Shown here in pieces: positions 26,194 through 32,000 of a DNA stretch of 32,000 bases. Origin of the DNA: Hungatella hathewayi (GTDB taxonomy: Bacteria; Bacillota; Clostridia; Lachnospirales; Lachnospiraceae). The first letter of the stretch is position 1; each line of letters opens with the position of its first letter. Under the pieces are notes generated by a model. It was given only the letters and a program-made list of their open reading frames with translations. It did no database searches and was not told the origin of the DNA. The position numbers and the translations under genes are program-made. Location: assembly GCF_025149285.1 (NCBI RefSeq), contig NZ_CP102274.1; one strand, 5' to 3'.

Positions 26194-28329
26194 ATGTCCA
26201 ATTATCGGAGACTAATCTCATATATCTATGCCTATGAAGGCGGAATCAAAGGAAAAAACATTGGGTTCGCGAAAATAGAGACGCGGGGCAGCCAGTGCAA
26301 GATTACGGTGAATGTGAAAAAGGTTTATGTGGGCGGCAATGATATCGGTGTCTATCTGCTGGCCGGTGAAAAAGAAATTTTGCTGGGAAATATTTTTATC
26401 CGCGGAGGTTCCGGGGAATTTCGTACGGTCGTTTCGGTAAGCGATGTGGAACACTCCGGAATTCCCATGGACCAGTGCTACGGACTGACAGTCCATGATG
26501 TGGAAAATACATGGCGGTCTTACACGACGATCTGGGAGGATGCAGTGGCCCACGCTGCAGAGGTGGAACTTTCCAACACACTTCCCGAAACAAAAGAAAG
26601 AGAAGAAACGGCGCAGGAGGCGCAGATTAAAAAGGCGATAAAAGAAATCGAAGAAGAGTTCCCGGTAGAAAATGAACAGGATACAAAGGAAAGTGAAAAG
26701 CAGGATAAAATGTCCCGGGAGCAGCTTAAGGCATTTACGGAAAGTGCCAGAGAACAGTCGAAGGCATTTGCAGAAAGCATCAGAAAACAGGTGGAACAGT
26801 CTGCAGATACGACGGAGCAGACGGCGGAGGCATGGATCCGGCAGCAGGAAGCCAGGATGGAATGGTCCAGAGCAAAAGCTTCTTACATAGAATCCGTGAA
26901 TGAACCTGCGAAGCCGGAAATGGCGCCGGTGGAGGAACCGCCGCGCAATGTTCACGGTACGAAGGAGCCTGCCGCAGAGCAGGAAATTCCAATACGGGAA
27001 CCGGTACGGCAGCAGCAGGAGCCTCTGACAATGGCGCACACGTCGGAACTGTCTTATGGCAAAAAGGATAATTCGCTGCGCAGCTATACCGTATTTTCCG
27101 GAGTTCCGGCCGTAGAATATGCTTCTGAACTGATGCCGGATATCGAGACTGTTACAACACTACATACAGGAATGTTGGAGGCGGAAGCAAATAATCAGCC
27201 TCCGTTTATGGAAGAGAGGCAGTCTGCCGGGGAATCGGCGGAGATGCTGTATAACCAGGAAGAAAAGGAAATTCAGAGTGAATTTCTGGAAGAGATCCAG
27301 GGCGAGACGATTTGCTATCGGGCCGATGCATCGAGGCCATTTGCCGTCCGGCCGGAAAGCAGGATGTACCCGCAGCAGGAAGCAGATATGGGAGCACCGA
27401 AATCTGCAGATGAAAATCTGACGGATTTCCATGCATCAGAACACAGGCAGGAACAAGTGGACCGGTATGAAACTCAGAACACAGATGAGATAACCGGCAT
27501 TCATTTGTTGGCGGACAGAGAAAAAATACCAGGTACAGAGTCTGTGGGGAACACGCAAAATCCAGAGATGCCAGACAAAGCGATGTCAGTCAAAGCAATG
27601 CCAGACAAAGCGATGTCAGACACAACGATGTCAGACACAGCGTCCGGTACGCAGAACAGTTCTGATTCCGGTATGGAGGAATTCATGCAGGAACGGCCAG
27701 AGATGTATTTAGCGGACGACGCACAGGATTGTTCGGAAACGAGCGCGTCAGAAAATCAGGCAGCACAGTCTGTACAGGAGAACAGAGACGCAGCAGAATC
27801 TTATGGTACCGATGAGGGGGCAGCAGCCACGCCCTCACATGCAGCGGTAGAAAGACAGAAGGAGCCGGAGATCCAAAAAGCCCAGGAGGCACAGCCTGTT
27901 CCAGGCGATCCAATGGAACTGGAACGGCTTTTAAAGACTGAGGAAGAGGAAGAAAACTCCAGTGACCGGATATGGGATCAGTTAAGGCGGGAACATACGA
28001 AAATCCTGGATTTTGACTATGAGAAGGGCTGCGAAATCCTGACTATTAAACCACAGGATATCGGCCTTCTGCCCAGAGAGACATGGGTGTACGGAAATAA
28101 CAGTTTCCTGCTTCACGGATACTATAATTACCGTTATTTAATTCTGGCAAAGCTGTTTAACCCGGAGGGGACTCCGCGTTATCTGCTGGGGGTTCCCGGC
28201 CATTATTACAGCAATGAGCGGTATATGGCGTCGATGTTCGGTTTCCCGAATTTTGTGCTGTCAAAGAACCAGCCTATGGAAGACGGACGTTTCGGCTACT
28301 GGTATACCGATGTAAAAATTGGTAACTGA
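26194..28329 (+). CDS. DUF6128-like protein with a long low-complexity acidic linker (711 aa)
   Basis: Conserved-looking N-terminal YIYAYEGGIKGKNIGFAKIE and C-terminal HGYYNYRYLILAK...YLLGVPGHYYSNERYMASMFGFPNF domains separated by Glu/Gln-rich sequence. Confidence 0.7.
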   Translation: MSNYRRLISYIYAYEGGIKGKNIGFAKIETRGSQCKITVNVKKVYVGGNDIGVYLLAGEKEILLGNIFIRGGSGEFRTVVSVSDVEHSGIPMDQCYGLTVHDVENTWRSYTTIWEDAVAHAAEVELSNTLPETKEREETAQEAQIKKAIKEIEEEFPVENEQDTKESEKQDKMSREQLKAFTESAREQSKAFAESIRKQVEQSADTTEQTAEAWIRQQEARMEWSRAKASYIESVNEPAKPEMAPVEEPPRNVHGTKEPAAEQEIPIREPVRQQQEPLTMAHTSELSYGKKDNSLRSYTVFSGVPAVEYASELMPDIETVTTLHTGMLEAEANNQPPFMEERQSAGESAEMLYNQEEKEIQSEFLEEIQGETICYRADASRPFAVRPESRMYPQQEADMGAPKSADENLTDFHASEHRQEQVDRYETQNTDEITGIHLLADREKIPGTESVGNTQNPEMPDKAMSVKAMPDKAMSDTTMSDTASGTQNSSDSGMEEFMQERPEMYLADDAQDCSETSASENQAAQSVQENRDAAESYGTDEGAAATPSHAAVERQKEPEIQKAQEAQPVPGDPMELERLLKTEEEEENSSDRIWDQLRREHTKILDFDYEKGCEILTIKPQDIGLLPRETWVYGNNSFLLHGYYNYRYLILAKLFNPEGTPRYLLGVPGHYYSNERYMASMFGFPNFVLSKNQPMEDGRFGYWYTDVKIGN
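27568..27642 (+). repeat. Five in-frame 15-bp tandem repeats in the DUF6128-like gene
   Basis: ATGCCAGACAAAGCG, ATGTCAGTCAAAGCA, ATGCCAGACAAAGCG, ATGTCAGACACAACG, ATGTCAGACACAGCG, encoding MPDKA MSVKA MPDKA MSDTT MSDTA. Confidence 0.92.
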
Positions 28330-28345
28330 TACCGTCAGCCGTCCG

Positions 28346-29041
28346 TCAGTAATCGATTCCGCGCAGAGAAACGTCAGCAATATAGGGGTGCAGGATTTCT
28401 GCAAATGCCAGAAGCTCCTCCTTTGTGCAGGAAGTAAATCCGGTGCATAAGACTTCACCGGAGTCCACATAATTCTGGAGATAGTAGTGGGAACAGCCCT
28501 TAAGCCATTGGCCGATATCCAGGAAATCCCGGCTGCCGTGAAGTTCCTTTACGACAGTAGTCCGGAACTCATACGGGATGGAGCCGTTCATCAAAAATGC
28601 CGCACTTTCCTCTATATATTTTATCTGAATGCCGGGAATGCCTGCTGTGCGCGGGTAATTTTCCCGGCCGGCCTTGATGTCCATGGCAATATAGTCGAGA
28701 AGGCCTTTCCCGGCGAGATCCTTTAAGACGGCGGGCCTGTAGCCGTTGGTATCCAGTTTGATCAAGTACCCCATCTGCCTGATCCGGCGGATAAATTCTT
28801 CCAGATCGTCTGAGAGTGTTGGTTCTCCGCCCGTGATGCAGACCCCTTCCAGAACCGAGGTACGCCGTTTTAAGAAGGTGAAGAGCGAATCCTCTGTCAT
28901 GGCTTCCTCGGCGTCATTTCCCAGAAGCCCGCTGTTGTGGCAGAAGGGACAGCGGAAATTGCAGCCGCCTAAAAATATGGTGGCTGCTACATGGCCGGGG
29001 AAATCCAGGAGAGTAGTTTTTTGCAGACCGCAAATTTTCAT
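28346..29041 (-). CDS. Radical SAM activating enzyme, anaerobic ribonucleotide reductase activase-like (NrdG2/PflA family)
   Basis: GGCNFRCPFC (CxxxCxxC), GVCITGGEPTL; internal ATG (MKICGLQKTTLLDFPG) at 29041 chosen over the ORF-track start. Confidence 0.85.
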   Translation of the reverse strand: MKICGLQKTTLLDFPGHVAATIFLGGCNFRCPFCHNSGLLGNDAEEAMTEDSLFTFLKRRTSVLEGVCITGGEPTLSDDLEEFIRRIRQMGYLIKLDTNGYRPAVLKDLAGKGLLDYIAMDIKAGRENYPRTAGIPGIQIKYIEESAAFLMNGSIPYEFRTTVVKELHGSRDFLDIGQWLKGCSHYYLQNYVDSGEVLCTGFTSCTKEELLAFAEILHPYIADVSLRGIDY

Positions 29042-29062
29042 TATTTTCGCTTCCTTATTTTC

Positions 29063-29270
29063 ATGGTATACTAGTATGATCCGCACGAAATACCTTACTG
29101 TTTCGCTGGTCTGATTTACCGACAGCACAGACGCAAAAGCCTCAGCATAGCCCCACTACGCCTGCGTTTTTGCGTCTGCACTCTCGAAAAATCATCCTCA
29201 TCGAACCAGTAAGGCATTTCGTGCGGGTCATACTGGTACTGCATTGCGCAATGCAGTACCAGTATACCAT
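29063..29270. repeat. Nested inverted-repeat, MITE-like or structured element
   Basis: ATGGTATACT (29063-29072) / AGTATACCAT (29261-29270); CGCACGAAATACCTTACTG (29082-29100) / CAGTAAGGCATTTCGTGCG (29207-29225) 18/19; CAGACGCAAAA (29128-29138) / TTTTGCGTCTG (29168-29178); 36-bp palindrome 29230-29265. Confidence 0.75.
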
Positions 29271-29300
29271 ATTCTAAAACGAGTGGAAAGAGGGACCGGC

Positions 29301-29798
29301 ATGAATGCTGATGAAAAATATATGCGCGCTGCAATTGGACAGGCCCGGAAGGCGGGAGCGATCGGTGAGGTACCTATTGGCTGCGTCATTGTTTATGAGG
29401 ACAAGATTATAGCGAGGGGATACAACAGGAGGACGATCGACAAGAATGTTCTGTCCCACGCAGAGATTATCGCGATAAAAAAAGCATGTAAGAAGATTGG
29501 TGACTGGCGGCTGGAAGGCTGTACCATGTATGTGACCCTGGAACCGTGCCCCATGTGTGCCGGGGCTATCGTCCAGGCAAGAATTCCCAAAGTTGTAATC
29601 GGCTGTATGAATCCCAAAGCCGGATGCGCCGGCTCTGTGCTTGATCTGCTTCATGAGGACGGGTTTAATCATCAGGTTGAAATGGAGAAAGGCGTTCTGG
29701 AGGAAGAGTGTTCGCGGCTCATGAAGGAGTTTTTTAAGGCGCTGAGGGAAAAGAAAGCAGCTGTGAAAAAACAAAAACAGGAAGAGACGACTCCTTGA
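29301..29798 (+). CDS. tadA: tRNA-specific adenosine(34) deaminase
   Basis: YMRAAIGQARKAGAIGEVPIGCVIV, LSHAEIIAI, EPCPMCAGAI; ATG at 29301 chosen. Confidence 0.95.
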   Translation: MNADEKYMRAAIGQARKAGAIGEVPIGCVIVYEDKIIARGYNRRTIDKNVLSHAEIIAIKKACKKIGDWRLEGCTMYVTLEPCPMCAGAIVQARIPKVVIGCMNPKAGCAGSVLDLLHEDGFNHQVEMEKGVLEEECSRLMKEFFKALREKKAAVKKQKQEETTP

Positions 29799-29823
29799 CA
29801 AATGGACCGATTGCATGTATACT
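29795..29823 (+). promoter_or_regulatory. Promoter of the SRP RNA precursor, overlapping the tadA stop
   Basis: TTGACA (29795-29800), 17 nt, TATACT (29818-29823). Confidence 0.7.
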
Positions 29824-29917
29824 AAATTGGCTATACATTGAAACAGATGTATAGGTGTGTGCAGTAATGTTAATCGATGGAATGTCAGCATACAGACCAA
29901 CATATGTCATAAAGTTT

Positions 29918-30179
29918 CCGTGCAGCCGGGGAGATAGCGGTGCCCTGTACCTGCAATCCGCTCCAGCAGGGGTGATGTCTCACCTCGGATCGTCTACTGC
30001 AGGGCTGCCCCTGATAAGTGGCGATGACGTTTGGGTCTTACGCAACAGGAATTCATGAACCGTGTCAGGGCAGGAATGCAGCAGCACTAAGTGGAACCTC
30101 CTGTGTGCCGTGAGGCAGCCTGGACTGAGTTAACTGTCAGGGTAACGCCTGTGGTAACGATACAAAGTGAGACGCACGG
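29918..30179 (+). ncRNA. ffs: Signal recognition particle RNA, large bacterial (Bacillus/Clostridia) type
   Basis: CCGTGC (29918-29923) / GCACGG (30174-30179) closing pairing; GTGTCAGGGCAGGAATGCAGCAGCACTAAG SRP core; Alu-type 5' part GCCGGGGAGATAGCGGTGCCCTGTACCTGCAATCCGCTCCAGCAGG; tadA-SRP RNA-dnaX neighbourhood. Confidence 0.9.
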
Positions 30180-30220
30180 ATTAATAATATAACTATAAAT
30201 AAAATACAGCGAATAGAAGA

Positions 30221-30258
30221 CAATAAGACACCGGGGAAGAAAATCCGGTGTCTTATTG
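30221..30258 (+). terminator. Terminator downstream of SRP RNA
   Basis: CAATAAGACACCGG (30221-30234) / CCGGTGTCTTATTG (30245-30258), 14-bp perfect stem. Confidence 0.75.
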
Positions 30259-30398
30259 TTTCACAGGAAAAGCCGTCCGTGTATCAATCCTCCCTTTGAG
30301 GGGCCGCAAAGCCGGCTTGCCGGACTCTTTGGTATATTACAATCATTACCATTTAACTGGTAATTTTCTTACATTTCCCGATAGAACAAAGTTTTCCC

Positions 30399-30427
30399 TT
30401 GCCCCACCCTTCCCTTTGTATTATAAT
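30399..30427 (+). promoter_or_regulatory. Promoter upstream of pfkA
   Basis: TTGCCC (30399-30404), 17 nt, TATAAT (30422-30427). Confidence 0.6.
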
Positions 30428-30491
30428 TATGTACAAAATGGGTATATAGTATCTATTTCCTAAACATGAATCTAAGAAGGGGTGTGCTTTG

Positions 30492-31571
30492 ATGATGAGA
30501 GTTGGAATGCTTACAAGCGGCGGCGACTGCCAGAGCTTAAACGCGACAATGCGCGGTGTTGCGAAGGCGCTGTACAGAATGTATGACGATGTGGAAATAA
30601 TTGGTTTTGAGGACGGATACAAGGGCCTGATCTATGCAGATTACCGTGTTATGAAGCAGTCGGAGTTTTCAGGAATTCTGACAGAAGGCGGGACAATCCT
30701 TGGCACCTCACGGCAGCCGTTCAAACTGATGCGTACGCCGGATGAGAACGGACTGGACAAGGTAGAAGCGATGAAGCACACCTATAAAAAGCTGAAGCTG
30801 GAATGTCTCGTTGTTCTGGGAGGAAACGGCAGCCAGAAGACAGCGAATCTTCTTCGCGAGGAAGGGCTGAATATCATTCATCTGCCGAAGACCATTGATA
30901 ACGATTTATACGGAACCGATGTGACTTTTGGTTTTCAGAGCGCCATTAACGTGGCGACCAATGCCATAGACTGCATCCACACCACGGCGGCATCCCACGG
31001 CCGCGTATTTATTGTGGAAGTCATGGGACATAAAGTGGGCTGGCTCACCCTGTACGCAGGAATCGCAGGAGGCGCAGACATAATTTTACTTCCCGAGATT
31101 CCCTACGATCTGGATATTGTGGTGGAAGCTTTAAAGAGCAGGACAAAGAGGGGAAAACGCTTCTCTATCCTTGCAGTGGCAGAAGGCGCCATATCGAAGG
31201 AAGATGCCGCTCTCACCAAGAAAGAACTGAAAGAAAAGAAAAAAAGCGGAGTGATCTATCCGTCAGTCGCTTATGAGATTGGCGCTCAGATTACAGAGCG
31301 CACGGGCCAGGAAGTCCGTGTGACTGTTCCGGGCCATATGCAGAGAGGCGGCGAACCGTGTCCGTATGACAGGGTTCTTTCCACGCGTCTTGGCGCAGAG
31401 GCTGCTTATCTGATTAAGAATAAGGAATACGGCAAAATGGTGGCGGTTATCAACAATGAGATTGTGAAGGTGCCGCTGGAAGAAGTTGCAGGAAAATTAA
31501 AGACGGTCGATCCTGAGAGCTCTATCATTAAGGAAGCCAAGATGATAGGTATCAGCTTCGGCGATGAGTAA
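30492..31571 (+). CDS. pfkA: 6-phosphofructokinase
   Basis: RVGMLTSGGDCQSLNATMRG, VLGGNGSQKTA, PKTIDNDL, PGHMQRGG; start 30489 (TTG) or 30492 (ATG). Confidence 0.9.
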   Translation: MMRVGMLTSGGDCQSLNATMRGVAKALYRMYDDVEIIGFEDGYKGLIYADYRVMKQSEFSGILTEGGTILGTSRQPFKLMRTPDENGLDKVEAMKHTYKKLKLECLVVLGGNGSQKTANLLREEGLNIIHLPKTIDNDLYGTDVTFGFQSAINVATNAIDCIHTTAASHGRVFIVEVMGHKVGWLTLYAGIAGGADIILLPEIPYDLDIVVEALKSRTKRGKRFSILAVAEGAISKEDAALTKKELKEKKKSGVIYPSVAYEIGAQITERTGQEVRVTVPGHMQRGGEPCPYDRVLSTRLGAEAAYLIKNKEYGKMVAVINNEIVKVPLEEVAGKLKTVDPESSIIKEAKMIGISFGDE

Positions 31572-31584
31572 GGAGCCATAGAGC

Positions 31585-32000
31585 ATGTCATATACGGCAT
31601 TATACCGGAAATGGCGTCCGGCTTCCTTTGAGGATGTCAGAGGCCAGGACCATGTAGTACAGACATTAAAAAACCAGATGGTATCCGACCGTATCGGACA
31701 TGCATATCTGTTCTGCGGTACCAGGGGTACCGGTAAGACCAGTATTGCAAAGATATTTGCAAAAGCGGTTAACTGTGAGAGCCCGGTGGACGGCAGTCCC
31801 TGTGGAGAATGCCGGACGTGTAAGAACATCGCGGCAGGTTCTTCCTTAAACGTGGTGGAGATCGACGCCGCTTCCAATAACGGCGTCGAGAATATCCGTG
31901 AGATCAGGGATGAGGTTCAGTATCCTCCTACAGAAGGAAAATACCGGGTTTATATTATTGATGAGGTTCATATGCTTTCTACGGGAGCCTTCAACGCCCT
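31585..32000 (+). CDS. dnaX: DNA polymerase III subunit gamma/tau (5' part, truncated by window end)
   Basis: Hand-translated MSYTALYRKWRPASFEDVRGQDHVVQTLKNQMVSDRIGHAYLFCGTRGTGKTSIAKIFAKAVNCE...CGECRTCK...EIDAASNNGVENIREIRDEV. Confidence 0.97.
   Translation, partial: MSYTALYRKWRPASFEDVRGQDHVVQTLKNQMVSDRIGHAYLFCGTRGTGKTSIAKIFAKAVNCESPVDGSPCGECRTCKNIAAGSSLNVVEIDAASNNGVENIREIRDEVQYPPTEGKYRVYIIDEVHMLSTGAFNA

Noticed and set aside
1-32000. CRISPR arrays, tRNA or rRNA genes, phage structural genes, restriction or other known defence genes
   Set aside because: No regularly spaced repeats and no matching coding signatures were seen by reading through the window; a profile search would be needed to exclude divergent cases.

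Overview
This 32 kb window looks like a Lachnospiraceae/Clostridia-type chromosome; that is inferred from gene content and codon style, with no database check. Gene blocks from left to right: oleate hydratase; lone oligopeptide-binding lipoprotein; YwlG/TIGR01440-like protein and HIT protein; RpiR-type regulator divergent from a GH1 6-phospho-beta-glucosidase and a PTS EIIBC; MerR regulator; XRE regulator divergent from a 56-aa ORF; a yhf-type operon (yhfZ, Y, T, U, S, X, W, with no php/yhfV); an IS3-family element with a probable programmed -1 frameshift; a 29-aa holin-like toxin candidate; a three-gene ABC-2 exporter; an orphan 52-aa small gene; an IS1202-like element with exact 28-bp flanking direct repeats; nagB; a DUF6128-like protein; an NrdG/PFL-activase-like radical SAM protein; a hairpin-rich MITE-like element; tadA; large-type SRP RNA; pfkA; and the 5' end of dnaX. 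The most interesting observations are: (1) a type I toxin-antitoxin-like locus (TxpA/RatA-like architecture) that the IS3 element appears to split inside the presumptive antitoxin RNA; (2) the php-less yhf operon with a repeated candidate operator; (3) the IS1202-like element with a 28-bp target duplication directly upstream of a promoter for an undescribed 52-aa ORF; (4) a ~208-bp nested inverted-repeat element between nrdG-like and tadA. No CRISPR array, tRNA or rRNA was found. I did not find a clearly new multi-gene defence system.
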